Positions 53,849-63,213 of a stretch of DNA of 64,000 nt are shown here, piece after piece. Where the stretch lies: the IMG/VR virus record IMGVR_UViG_3300031452_000163. One strand, 5' to 3'. The stretch is from a virus. Below the pieces are notes generated by a model. It had not been told where the DNA came from. It was given only the letters and a program-made list of their open reading frames with translations, and ran no database searches. Position numbers and translations under genes: made by a program. Each line of letters begins with the position of its first letter. Position 1 is the stretch's first letter.

Positions 53849-54184
53849 TTACGCTACGCCTATTGTGTCAACATCTCCATAATGCCGTACCGCCCACCAG
53901 TGCGCCCTTTCCTCCGATGGTCCAACCCAAGCATGTGCCAGCTCATGGCAGAGGATCGCCCGTAAATGCCAGGGCCAGGCCCAATACAGCCACAGCGCGA
54001 GCACGATTCGCCTGTGGTGGCAATCGCAGAAGGCCGCTTGCTCTGGCGGCAAGTCGGCCCACACCACATCGACGCCGGCGGCAAGCGCATCCCGCGCGAG
54101 CACGTCCAAGCCAAACACGTGATGCCCTGGCCGCCCATGCGCGTTATAGAGGTACCCGTCTGTGTCGATCACACTAACGCTCAT
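53849..54184 (-). CDS. ImmA/IrrE-family metallopeptidase (anti-repressor)
   Basis: LCHELAH (HExxH), SEERA..WA; coupled to the repressor. Confidence 0.85.
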   Translation of the reverse strand: MSVSVIDTDGYLYNAHGRPGHHVFGLDVLARDALAAGVDVVWADLPPEQAAFCDCHHRRIVLALWLYWAWPWHLRAILCHELAHAWVGPSEERAHWWAVRHYGDVDTIGVA

Positions 54185-54660
54185 GGCGCTTCCTCGTCCG
54201 TCCAGCCGACGGACTCGCGATAGGCATCATCCGCAATATCGGGGCGGTTGTAAGCGGCATGTTCCGCCTCCTCTAAACGTTCGGCGGCGTACAACTCCTG
54301 CATCTCCCGTACTAGCCGGAGATGACCCAGAGCGACACGACGCGCATGGGGCGGTAAGGCACTGTAGATCCTGGTCACTTCCGGCGGTGGCGGTTCTTCA
54401 TCAGCGTCGCCCCACAGTCCTAGCACGCCGAATATCACATTGGGACTCACCCCAAACGCTCTAGCAATGCCGGCTGCCTGAAGCACCGTCGGCTGAGGAG
54501 CACCACGGAGCAGAGACCCGACTGTTTGCGGCATAAGGTCGGACTGGCGAGCTAGCTCCGATAGGCTCCATCCTCGCGCTCGCAGATTATCCTCAATCCA
54601 CTGAGCATAGCGAGCAGCGGCCTCACGCGACAGATTGCCCCGCTTCTCCGGCTTATCCAT
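54181..54660 (-). CDS. XRE-family immunity repressor (probably leaderless)
   Basis: LRARGWSLSELARQSDLMPQTVGSLLRG..IARAFGVS; TATCAT 5 nt before ATG. Confidence 0.9.
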   Translation of the reverse strand: MDKPEKRGNLSREAAARYAQWIEDNLRARGWSLSELARQSDLMPQTVGSLLRGAPQPTVLQAAGIARAFGVSPNVIFGVLGLWGDADEEPPPPEVTRIYSALPPHARRVALGHLRLVREMQELYAAERLEEAEHAAYNRPDIADDAYRESVGWTDEEAP

Positions 54661-54820
54661 ACGGTATGATACTCACTTCTCCATTATAAAACTGCTGCAT
54701 TAACTACACATTTGAAAAGTTCCGAACTTTCTGCCAGAACTCTTGACTGGAAGTGCAGCACTCTGTATACTGATTACAGAGACATGAAGTATTCTGAAGA
54801 GTTCAGAACGAGGGGGGCAG
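54661..54820. promoter_or_regulatory. divergent lysis/lysogeny switch
   Basis: TTGACT(54743)-17 bp-TATACT(54766); palindromes AAAGTT-CCG-AACTTT, CTCTGTA-N7-TACAGAG, TTCTGAA-GAG-TTCAGAA. Confidence 0.8.
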
Positions 54821-55036
54821 ATGATCCAGCGGAGACGGAACGCACAGCGTGGGGCAAGCAAAAAACACCGCATGACCATCTCACTGCCGCCCCACCTCGC
54901 GCGGTATATCCGGGCAATAGCAAACGGCTCGCGTCCGAAACGATCCATGAGCAGCGTTGCCCTGGAAATTATCGAGACAGCGGTCGAAGGAACAACCGCG
55001 AATACCGTCGAAACGCCCATCGAGCAGGCCGGCTAG
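54821..55036 (+). CDS. ribbon-helix-helix (Arc/CopG-like) protein in the Cro position
   Basis: RMTISLPPHLARYIRAIA..RSMSSVALEIIE. Confidence 0.75.
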   Translation: MIQRRRNAQRGASKKHRMTISLPPHLARYIRAIANGSRPKRSMSSVALEIIETAVEGTTANTVETPIEQAG

Positions 55037-55039
55037 TCA

Positions 55040-55387
55040 ATGAGAGAGGAAACCACGGCTATGGCAATCACAACATCGCACCGCGTCCCAGCACCCAGCC
55101 AGTACGTGACCGAAAAGGCCCGCAGCTACGAGGCAGCCGGTAACCGCGCCACGTGGATCGGCGTCGAGTGGATTGAGGGCGAACTGACACACATGTACCG
55201 GATACCTTCTGCAACAACCCCCGACCGCAACTACACCGTGGGCGTGGTGAGTCTCAAGCGTGGCGGGTACATGCTGCTCTGCTCCTGCCGCGCGGGTCGC
55301 AGAGACAGCCGCGCAACGTCCTGTACTCACCGCGTCGCACTCACCCGGCAGCTCGGGCAGTTTTCGCTTGACGAGGTGGTGGCATGA
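55040..55387 (+). CDS. SWIM zinc-finger protein
   Basis: YTV..CSCRAG..CTHRVA. Confidence 0.75.
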   Translation: MREETTAMAITTSHRVPAPSQYVTEKARSYEAAGNRATWIGVEWIEGELTHMYRIPSATTPDRNYTVGVVSLKRGGYMLLCSCRAGRRDSRATSCTHRVALTRQLGQFSLDEVVA

Positions 55388-55566
55388 TGGACATGGATGC
55401 AACAGCCATCACAACCAAGCGCTGCATCATCTGCGGCCTGCCCATCGGTCGGAGGGCGTATTTCTACAGCACATCCGGCCAGCCCGCCCATCGCAGTTGT
55501 GGTGCGATGCGAGACGCACAGGGACATGAGGTGCCGCAGCTACGGAACGACGGGCGGTGGATATGA
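55384..55566 (+). CDS. small Zn-finger protein
   Basis: CIICG..AH.SC; coupled. Confidence 0.5.
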   Translation: MMDMDATAITTKRCIICGLPIGRRAYFYSTSGQPAHRSCGAMRDAQGHEVPQLRNDGRWI

Positions 55567-55775
55567 TGAACATCCTGTCAGACCATGCTGCCCGAATATT
55601 CAAAGAATCCCACAGACTCACCGAAACCCTGAATCCTTACCTTAGCGTCGATTGCGCCGCTTTGGTTTCTGCGATGGACGCTATTGTATTCGCAATCGAG
55701 GGCCTCACGATCCAGTTGGCAGAGAACGCCGAGCGTACTCAGAGCGTGGATGCACATGTGGAGACCGGGTTTTGA
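55563..55775 (+). CDS. hypothetical protein
   Basis: ATGA coupling. Confidence 0.5.
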   Translation: MMNILSDHAARIFKESHRLTETLNPYLSVDCAALVSAMDAIVFAIEGLTIQLAENAERTQSVDAHVETGF

Positions 55776-56536
55776 GCGAGGTGTACTACAAGCTGCTAAA
55801 CCGGGACGGCACGACGCCGCTGGGGCATGGAAAATGGCCGCTGCCGGACGGGTACCAACCGGGTGAATGGCTGCCACCAATCGAGGGCGTACTTTTGCCA
55901 TGCATGAATGGCTACCACATCCTCACCTGGGATCAACTGCTCACATTGTTTTGGAACGGCGAGCACCTCTACGAGATTGGGGTGGATGGTGAGGTGATAG
56001 ATGCCGGTGCCAAATGCGTCTGCCGTCACGCACGAACAATTCGGCGGATCAAAACGTGGAATGACCGAAATCTGCGATTGTTCGTCTGTGATTGTGTTGA
56101 GCGAGTCTTGCACGTATTCGAAAATCAGGCGCCGGACGACGCAAGACCTCGGCGCACAATCGAAACTGCGCGACGATTTGCGCTCGGGCTAGCAACATCG
56201 AGTGAGCTAACCGCGGCCAAGGCCGCTGCCAGGGCCGCTGCCGAGAACGTTGCCCTGACCGCTGCCGGGGCCGCTGCCGAGAACGTTGCCCTGACCGCTG
56301 CCGGGGCCGCTGCCGAGAACGTTGCCCTGACCGCTGCCGGGGACGTTGCCTGGGCCGCTGCCGGGGCCGTTGCCGGGGGCGTTGCCCTGGCCGCTGCCGG
56401 GGCCGTTGCCGGGGGCGTTGCCCTGGCCGCTGCCGGGGACGTTGCCTGGGCCGCTGCCGGGGACGTTGCCTGGGCCGCTGAACGGCAATGGCAGCGAGAT
56501 CATCTCGCCTCCTACCTCACCGGAGCTATCGCATGA
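55772..56536 (+). CDS. DUF7666-like + Imm5-like protein with Ala-rich repeats
   Basis: C.NGYH..W..LYE; LRLFVCDCVERVL..PDDARPR..IE.AR. Confidence 0.7.
   Translation: MSEVYYKLLNRDGTTPLGHGKWPLPDGYQPGEWLPPIEGVLLPCMNGYHILTWDQLLTLFWNGEHLYEIGVDGEVIDAGAKCVCRHARTIRRIKTWNDRNLRLFVCDCVERVLHVFENQAPDDARPRRTIETARRFALGLATSSELTAAKAAARAAAENVALTAAGAAAENVALTAAGAAAENVALTAAGDVAWAAAGAVAGGVALAAAGAVAGGVALAAAGDVAWAAAGDVAWAAERQWQRDHLASYLTGAIA
56207..56480 (+). repeat. in-frame coding tandem repeats (33- and 24-nt units)
   Basis: AAAENVALTAAG x3, AAAGAVAGGVAL x2, AAAGDVAW x3. Confidence 0.85.
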
Positions 56537-56706
56537 GCCTGACCTACAGCGATGCCGCAATTCAACTCGGCCGCGAAATCATCGACAGCGAACCGGAGTT
56601 ATTCCGCCGCATGACACCCGAGGAAACGGCGGCGTACAACACTCGCATGGCTACCGTTGACACCAAAATCGTGGCGCTGATAACCACCGAAATCGAGCCG
56701 TCCTAG
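56533..56706 (+). CDS. hypothetical protein
   Basis: ATGA coupling. Confidence 0.5.
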   Translation: MSLTYSDAAIQLGREIIDSEPELFRRMTPEETAAYNTRMATVDTKIVALITTEIEPS

Positions 56707-56794
56707 TGGACTGGCTAGACCCCGAGTCATTTGAGAGGAGGCGCGCAGACACCAGAACCGACGACCCAATGATCATCACGAGAAAGGAAACATC

Positions 56795-56962
56795 ATGGCA
56801 ACGTATCCAAGCGAACAGTCCGAACACGAGAAACCGGAGCGCACACCGATGCATCCCGGCACGCGCCGCCCAACCGAGCGCCCGGACCACGTGCCCGAGC
56901 GCCGGCCACCAGAGCGCGAGCCGGAGCATCGCCCAGAACACGACAAGCCGCCGCGCGGCTAA
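56795..56962 (+). CDS. 55-aa Pro/Glu/Arg/His-rich disordered peptide
   Basis: AAAGGA SD; MATYPSEQSEHEKPERTPMHPGTRRPTERPDHVPERRPPEREPEHRPEHDKPPRG (not in the ORF track). Confidence 0.55.
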   Translation: MATYPSEQSEHEKPERTPMHPGTRRPTERPDHVPERRPPEREPEHRPEHDKPPRG

Positions 56963-57131
56963 TCAGCGAGTAGAGGGGGCTGCCGGGTCGCTTACGGCGG
57001 CCCCCCAGGCGAGCAATAGAGAGAGGCCCCGGATTACTCCGGGGCCCTTAGGAAACCATGTAGAGACTCCACCACAGAGCCGACTACGTCCTAGTGTACC
57101 GCATGCGCGGTACGGAAACGGAAACCACCCC

Positions 57132-57332
57132 ATGAACAGACTGCAAACAGAAAGCTCCGGCCATCGCATTCTCTACAGTGTTTGCCAAACACCGCTGACG
57201 TGCGATCATCCACGTCGATTCGACCTCCCCGCCTGCCTGCAATCGCTCCTCACCGGCATGCTGATTATCCTGACAGCCGGCCTGATCTACGGATTCCTGC
57301 TGATCTTGGTGCTCCAGGTGGTGACTCAATGA
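57132..57332 (+). CDS. small protein with C-terminal TM
   Basis: ATG 57132; coupled to the downstream gene. Confidence 0.45.
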   Translation: MNRLQTESSGHRILYSVCQTPLTCDHPRRFDLPACLQSLLTGMLIILTAGLIYGFLLILVLQVVTQ

Positions 57333-57634
57333 TCCGGCAGATTGGAGAGATCAGTGTGTGGCACGACATAAGCCTTGAGCACATGGTTCACCCGCGATGG
57401 AGCACGACGCACCTGCGCGATATCGAACCGGCGGCCACATGGTCACCCAGCACGCCCTACGACGTGTTAGAGGAGCTGGATGTAGCTCTGGCCGCCATGG
57501 GAGACCTCTACGCCACCTTACGTGAGTTTCCGCTCACGAATGCCACGGCGCTGGAGATCCACGGACACGTTCTGCAGCGACTGGTCCGTGCGCATGTCGA
57601 CTACCAGGACGAGACGGGAGATCGCTATGAATGA
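57329..57634 (+). CDS. hypothetical protein
   Basis: ATGA coupling. Confidence 0.5.
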   Translation: MIRQIGEISVWHDISLEHMVHPRWSTTHLRDIEPAATWSPSTPYDVLEELDVALAAMGDLYATLREFPLTNATALEIHGHVLQRLVRAHVDYQDETGDRYE

Positions 57635-57845
57635 GCAATCAAACCCACTCCACCGAGCAGCCATCTGCGATGAACTGCTGTACCAGTTACAACGCTCAGA
57701 CATGCAGATCGAGATCATGCGCGCACTCATTCGACGCGGCAAATCGCTCGACCGAATACGGCGCGAACTATTGGTGCTGGCTCGGTCGAATCTGGCGGCG
57801 CAGCAACTGCGCTGGAACGAGTTGAGCGGGGAGGCATCGTCATGA
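57627..57845 (+). CDS. hypothetical helical protein
   Basis: Overlaps both neighbours; GGAG SD. Confidence 0.5.
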   Translation: MNEQSNPLHRAAICDELLYQLQRSDMQIEIMRALIRRGKSLDRIRRELLVLARSNLAAQQLRWNELSGEASS

Positions 57846-58717
57846 GCGAGCAACTAACCACAAATCAGCCATTGCCAGCGGAACTAGCCGAGAAGGTCTT
57901 CATCGGCGGCGACCTGAAGTCCCTGGGCGCAGCAGAACGGCTGCTGTACTACACAAGCTTGTGTGAGTCACTGCACGTCAACGCGCTGAGCCGGCCGTTT
58001 GAGTACATCACGCTGAACGGAAAACTGACGCTCTATGGCACGAAGGAGTTGGCGAACCAGCTGCGACGACGGGACAGCGTGAGCATCACTGAGGTTGATA
58101 CGCGACAAGTCGGCGACTTGATCGTGGTGACGGTGAAGGCCCAAACGCATAGCGGTCGCACCGATGTCGATGTGGGAGTTGTCACCACCAAGGGGCTCCA
58201 GGGCGAGGCACTAGCAAACGGGACCATGAAGGCCATAACAAAGGCGAAACGTCGCGTCACGCTCTCGATCTGTGGCGTGGGATTCCTGGACGAAACCGAG
58301 GTTGACTCAATCCCCGGAGCACGACGCGAAATTTCGGCCACAACAGAGCCGCGCCTGGTCGGATCGCCTCCGCCCACAGTCGCCTCTCCGCGCACTGTGG
58401 ACACACAAACCGGTGAGGTCATCGAGACACAACCAGTGAACACGAATCGGCATACAGCCATTGAGCAGTCCTCTGACGGTTGGAAATCAACCACCATCGC
58501 CGGATTGCGCACCTACGCCGGACAGGACCCGACAAATAAGCACGCCATGCTGGAGTTCATCCGCGACCATCTCGGACATCCCCAGGGAATGGCGCTCGAT
58601 CAACTCGTAGAGCGCGAGCTTACGGCACTACGGGATGAGTTCACGCCGATCACGCCCGTAGCCGAAACGACGCAACCGAACAGTACGCCGGACGACGAGT
58701 TAATCACCACGATTTGA
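57842..58717 (+). CDS. RecT/Bet-like single-strand annealing protein
   Basis: GDLKSL..YY..LC..PFEYITLNGKLTLY..ANG.MKAITKAKRRVTLSICG..LDETEV. Confidence 0.8.
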   Translation: MSEQLTTNQPLPAELAEKVFIGGDLKSLGAAERLLYYTSLCESLHVNALSRPFEYITLNGKLTLYGTKELANQLRRRDSVSITEVDTRQVGDLIVVTVKAQTHSGRTDVDVGVVTTKGLQGEALANGTMKAITKAKRRVTLSICGVGFLDETEVDSIPGARREISATTEPRLVGSPPPTVASPRTVDTQTGEVIETQPVNTNRHTAIEQSSDGWKSTTIAGLRTYAGQDPTNKHAMLEFIRDHLGHPQGMALDQLVERELTALRDEFTPITPVAETTQPNSTPDDELITTI

Positions 58718-58998
58718 AGGGCGGCATGACGATCATGGGCAGAGGACACCGTTTCACCGAAATCGACTATCAACGCGAGTACTACGGACGGATGGCAGCC
58801 GAAGCGGCACTAGGATATCGAGACCGGCCGGCAACCAGAAATCAAATCGAGAGCCTGCGGCAACTCGCCGACAGAATCGGTATCCGCGTCTACATCGGTG
58901 AATGTCTGACAGCAGAGCAAGCGAGCCGCGAACTGGCCACCCTCACGCTGGTGCTCCACTGGATAGAATCACAGCATCGGGAGTGCTCCGGCCAGTGA
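58714..58998 (+). CDS. hypothetical protein
   Basis: PAT.NQIESL..LA motif; coupled. Confidence 0.55.
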   Translation: MKGGMTIMGRGHRFTEIDYQREYYGRMAAEAALGYRDRPATRNQIESLRQLADRIGIRVYIGECLTAEQASRELATLTLVLHWIESQHRECSGQ

Positions 58999-59834
58999 AC
59001 ATCGACCCTAGCCAACGAGTCGCCCGGTCACGCCCGTGTCGAATCTGCGGGGGCTTTAACGAGGCCCCTCGCGGGCATAGAGTGCGCTGTGCCGGGTTTC
59101 TCTCGAAAGACGGCGAGTGGTCCCACTGCACTCGCGAAGAGCACGCGGGGGGGCTGCCCATGGACACGAATTCGTGCATGCCAACCTACGCGCACCGACT
59201 CACCGGGACCTGCAAATGCGGGGTGACTCACGACAGAGCAGTGTCGCCGGTATCGGTAGAGGGGCTGGAGAGCATAGGTTCCCACCAGTCAAGACAACGA
59301 AAAAGAGATCGGGGAACATGGGACCGCTGTTACGTGTATACGGATGAGCACGGTATAGGTCGTCATCGTACCGTCCGATTGCGTCCGAAGGGTTTTTTCC
59401 AACAGCACAATGTAGACGGTGAATGGGAGCGCGGGCTCGGCGACATCGAGACCGTACCCTACGGACTGCCACGGCTCATCAGGGCTGATCCGAGAGACCC
59501 GACCTTTATGACCGAGGGCGAAAAAGACTGTGAATCCCTCTGGTTTGTGGGACTGAACGCCACGACGTACACAAACGGAGTATGGAAGGCGCACTATAAC
59601 CAGTGGATCGTCGGGCGGCACGTGGTGATCGTGGAGGATAACGACGACGCTGGGCGGGCGCGAACACGCCGGCTCTTACGCCACCTAAAAGACGTGGCGG
59701 AGACGGTGCGCATTGTGTCGTTTCCCGATTTGCCTGTCGGCGGCGATGTGAGCGACTGGCTGGCCGGCGGCGGAACTGCGGAACAGCTGCTGACACCGGT
59801 TGGCAATCCTTATATAGGAGCGATCCGGGCATGA
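58995..59834 (+). CDS. Zn-finger + TOPRIM primase
   Basis: PCRICG; FMTEGEKD; VIVEDNDDAG; GGDVSDWL. Confidence 0.9.
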   Translation: MNIDPSQRVARSRPCRICGGFNEAPRGHRVRCAGFLSKDGEWSHCTREEHAGGLPMDTNSCMPTYAHRLTGTCKCGVTHDRAVSPVSVEGLESIGSHQSRQRKRDRGTWDRCYVYTDEHGIGRHRTVRLRPKGFFQQHNVDGEWERGLGDIETVPYGLPRLIRADPRDPTFMTEGEKDCESLWFVGLNATTYTNGVWKAHYNQWIVGRHVVIVEDNDDAGRARTRRLLRHLKDVAETVRIVSFPDLPVGGDVSDWLAGGGTAEQLLTPVGNPYIGAIRA

Positions 59835-61255
59835 CGGCAAATCGAAATCAACTGAGGGTGGTAGTGCGAGATGGGAATGAGGATGTCAATGATGTACCAA
59901 CCGGCGGCTATCCACTCACAGACCTCGGCAATGGGGAGCGATACTCGGCACTGCACGGCGCGGATGTACGCTACATCGGCAACTGGGATCGGTACTACGT
60001 GTGGGACGGTGTGTACTGGCACCACGATACCACCGGTGAGGTACTACGACGCGCCAAGCTGACTGCCCGCTCCATCCGAGACGAGGCAACCGCAATCCGT
60101 GAGAGCGGCGAGGATGACCGGGCCACAGAGACACTCAAACACGCGCTGAGGAGCGAGAGCGGTAGTCGCATCCGAGAGATGGTCAACTGCGCACGAGTCG
60201 AGACCACCATTGCCTCCACGCCGGACGTGTTTGACAACGATCCACTCCTGCTCACCTGCCCGAACGGGACGGTTGATTTGCGGACCGGTGAACTCGGAGC
60301 GTATCGTCGCGAGGATCTCATTACCAAATGCACCAGCGCGGCCTACGAGCCTGGCGGGTCAGCGGATTTGTGGTTGGCGTGTATTGAGCGGTGGATGGGT
60401 GGAAACGATCGACTGATGCTGTTCCTACAACGGGCGCTAGGGGCGAGTATCACGGGGCTCACCGGCGACCGGGTGCTCTATTTTTGTTTCGGACCCGGTG
60501 CCAATGGCAAATCCGTCCTCATTGACACCATCCAGGACATTTTCGGAGATTACGCTAAATCGGTCCGTCCTGAGGCGTTGATGGTCAAACAGGGGAACGA
60601 TATTCCCAACGAGATCGCGGCGCTGGTGGGCGCGCGCTTTGTAGCCACCACGGAGATCGAGGAGGGCTCACGTCTGGCAGAGAGCCTGGTCAAACAGTTG
60701 ACGGGTGGCGACCGGATTAGCGCCCGATTCATGCGTGCGGAATTTTTCGAATTCCGGCCGGTGATGAAAATCTGGATGGCCGGTAACCATAAGCCCAATG
60801 TACGCGGGACGGATCAGGCGATATGGGATCGGATACTGACCATCCCATTTACCGAGGTCATTCCACCGGCGGAACGCGACCCAAATCTCCGCGCCAAACT
60901 TCGGGATGAATGGCCGGGAATCCTGGCATGGATCGTTCAGGGCTGTTTGATGTGGCAGCGTGACGGGCTCAATCCACCGGACGATGTGCGAGCCGCAACA
61001 AATGAATACCGCCGAGAAATGGATGAGTTGGGCCAGTTCCTGGAGGATTGCTGTGAGTTTGACCCGCAGCTCCTCGTATCGGCGGGGAAGCTCTATGAAC
61101 GGTACACCCAGTGGGCATCTGATGCCGGAGAGAAACGGGCGTGGACGAAAACTATGCTCGGCCGCAAGCTTCATGAACGCGGCTATACCGACAATCGCGC
61201 CAATTCCACCCGCTTTTGGGAGGGGTTGGACCTGAAGTCGGGCGGCTCCGCGTGA
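59831..61255 (+). CDS. P4-family (D5-like) primase/SF3 helicase
   Basis: LTDLGNGER D5_N; FGPGANGKS Walker A; LVKQLTGGDRISARF; GNHKP. Confidence 0.93.
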   Translation: MTANRNQLRVVVRDGNEDVNDVPTGGYPLTDLGNGERYSALHGADVRYIGNWDRYYVWDGVYWHHDTTGEVLRRAKLTARSIRDEATAIRESGEDDRATETLKHALRSESGSRIREMVNCARVETTIASTPDVFDNDPLLLTCPNGTVDLRTGELGAYRREDLITKCTSAAYEPGGSADLWLACIERWMGGNDRLMLFLQRALGASITGLTGDRVLYFCFGPGANGKSVLIDTIQDIFGDYAKSVRPEALMVKQGNDIPNEIAALVGARFVATTEIEEGSRLAESLVKQLTGGDRISARFMRAEFFEFRPVMKIWMAGNHKPNVRGTDQAIWDRILTIPFTEVIPPAERDPNLRAKLRDEWPGILAWIVQGCLMWQRDGLNPPDDVRAATNEYRREMDELGQFLEDCCEFDPQLLVSAGKLYERYTQWASDAGEKRAWTKTMLGRKLHERGYTDNRANSTRFWEGLDLKSGGSA

Positions 61256-61361
61256 CGGGTGTGACACGTTTATCTATTTTTACCACCACAAAAAAAATCA
61301 TGAAAAACAATAGGAAAATGACGCGTTTTTTACCCAAACGCGTCACGGGTAGGAGATTGGC
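61256..61361. other. AT-rich intergenic region with inverted repeat (candidate replication origin)
   Basis: A-tracts; TGACGCGTTT-N7-AAACGCGTCA; directly follows the helicase gene. Confidence 0.4.
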
Positions 61362-61745
61362 ATGACCGCAACATACTCGATCACACAATCCGCTGAAACG
61401 GCACTGGCCGTAATGATGGACCTGGGCCGTACCGTGTGGCCTGAAAATGGCTCGCTGCAGGTCCAGGGCGCCATCTCCGACCGGATACACGACATGCTCG
61501 CCCGGAACAAGGCAGCCATCATTCAGGCGCTCACGGTAACGACCGAAATGGCGCCGCTGGTCGATTCTGAGGCGACACTGTACCACTTGATGGGACGGCG
61601 CTGGATGCTGCTCCAGGAGATGGAAACGGGTGGCTCTACTGGTACTCCCAGGTATGAGCGGACGTTCTACTGGTTTCGGATATTCGACATCATGTATCGC
61701 CGGATTGTCAACAAGCGGATGAACCGTGAGGCAGCGGCGGCGTGA
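61362..61745 (+). CDS. TubC-N-like hypothetical protein
   Basis: LQVQGAISDRIHDMLARNKAAIIQAL. Confidence 0.55.
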   Translation: MTATYSITQSAETALAVMMDLGRTVWPENGSLQVQGAISDRIHDMLARNKAAIIQALTVTTEMAPLVDSEATLYHLMGRRWMLLQEMETGGSTGTPRYERTFYWFRIFDIMYRRIVNKRMNREAAAA

Positions 61746-62110
61746 AATCCGTCCAGTGCCCCACCTGCGGCCAGCTCCGGCCTGATGTGCTCGCCGAGTA
61801 TCTCTCGGCGGCGTTGCGTCTGGTTGAGGGTGCAGAGCAGGAGGAGGCGGTGACATTTGCACGGGCTGCCGAACTGCTCGCGGTTAGCGAGACCACAATA
61901 CGCGGGTTGGTCGCATCCGGGCAGCTCCCGGCGGTCACCATCGCGGATACTCGGAGCAGGAGGATTCGCCGTGCGGCGATCTCCGAGTATCTACGGCAGG
62001 CCGAGACCAGGAGTGTGCGATGGCAGGACGACGAGGCAGCAGCGACGATGTTTGCACCGGGCAAGACCAGAGGACGGCAGCTGAAAAAAGCCACAGGAAA
62101 AAGCGCGTGA
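61742..62110 (+). CDS. xis: excisionase-like HTH_17 protein with N-terminal Zn ribbon
   Basis: VTFARAAELLAVSETTIRGLVASGQLPAV..RRIRRAAISEYL; coupled to int. Confidence 0.75.
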   Translation: MKSVQCPTCGQLRPDVLAEYLSAALRLVEGAEQEEAVTFARAAELLAVSETTIRGLVASGQLPAVTIADTRSRRIRRAAISEYLRQAETRSVRWQDDEAAATMFAPGKTRGRQLKKATGKSA

Positions 62111-63213
62111 ATAAGCAGGGCACGGTGTACGAGCGAAAGGACGGGCGCTGGGTGGCGGCGCTCTCGCTCGATTCACGGCAACGGGTCACCCGGTACTGTG
62201 CCACCAGAGCCGCGGCGGAGGAGGCATTGGCGCAACTGGTGCAACTGCGCGAACGTGGCCGGCTCTCGCAGACTGGACGGCAGACGCTCGCGACGTATCT
62301 CGCGCAGTGGCTGGCCAACAAACACGCCAGTGTGCGGGACCATACATTTGTCATGTACCGGGCCCAACTAGCTCACGTCATTATTCGCCTGGGCCATGTT
62401 CGTCTTTCCGACCTCCAGCCGGGTCAGATACGTGCACTAGGCACGGCATTGCTCGATACTGGCTATGCGACGGCGACGGTCAACCAGTGCCTGGTGATTC
62501 TAAAAATGGCGCTACGGGATGCCGAGGCGGATGGATTGATTGATCGGTCACCGGGGGCACATGTGCGACCACCACGCATCAATCAGGAGGAGCGGCGTTG
62601 GCTGTCCTCATCACAGGTTCGTGCGTTTCTGCGATCCTCAACGGAGTCGGAGTGGTATGCGCTCTGGATGCTGCTACTGGATACCGGTATGCGGATCGGG
62701 GAGGCGACGGCGTTGCGATGGAGTGAGGTCGACAGCGATGCTGGCACAATCCTGGTGTTGGCCACGGTGACACATCGCACTGGTCAAGGGGCAGTGCGTG
62801 GCGAGCCGAAAACGCCCTGCTCACGCCGCTTGCTCCATCTTGGACCGGATACGCTCGCCGCGCTCAAAACGCATAGCCCAGCGGTAAAGCGTCGTCGGGC
62901 GAGTACACGGGGTTGGGTCGATCAAGATTTAGTGTTCCCCAATACACACGGCGGGTTTCTGTGCGTCAAACAGGTCAACATCTGCCTGATGCGTGACCTG
63001 GGAATAGCGGGCCTGCCGCGCTTCACCGCGCATGAGTTGCGGCATACCATGGCCAGTCAGTGGCTCAACGACGGAGAGGACGTGCGTGTGGTGCAGGAGC
63101 GGCTCGGTCATGCCAGTGCCGCCATGACCTTGGACATTTACGGCCATGTCGCACCAGCCATGCATCGGGAGGCGGCGCAACGTGCAGCGAATCGGAGGAG
63201 GCAGACGTCGTGA
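62107..63213 (+). CDS. int: tyrosine integrase
   Basis: Arm-binding GTVYERKDGRWVA; TGMRIGEA (R), PKT (K), AHELRHT (HxxR), LGH, DIYGH (Y). Confidence 0.95.
   Translation: MNKQGTVYERKDGRWVAALSLDSRQRVTRYCATRAAAEEALAQLVQLRERGRLSQTGRQTLATYLAQWLANKHASVRDHTFVMYRAQLAHVIIRLGHVRLSDLQPGQIRALGTALLDTGYATATVNQCLVILKMALRDAEADGLIDRSPGAHVRPPRINQEERRWLSSSQVRAFLRSSTESEWYALWMLLLDTGMRIGEATALRWSEVDSDAGTILVLATVTHRTGQGAVRGEPKTPCSRRLLHLGPDTLAALKTHSPAVKRRRASTRGWVDQDLVFPNTHGGFLCVKQVNICLMRDLGIAGLPRFTAHELRHTMASQWLNDGEDVRVVQERLGHASAAMTLDIYGHVAPAMHREAAQRAANRRRQTS

Noticed and set aside
55772-56536. Repeats as a diversity-generating retroelement TR/VR pair
   Set aside because: No reverse transcriptase in the window and no adenine-specific mismatches between separated copies
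56706-57332. 208-aa ORF as a single gene
   Set aside because: Better explained by a 55-aa gene in another frame (56795-56962) plus a gene starting at 57132
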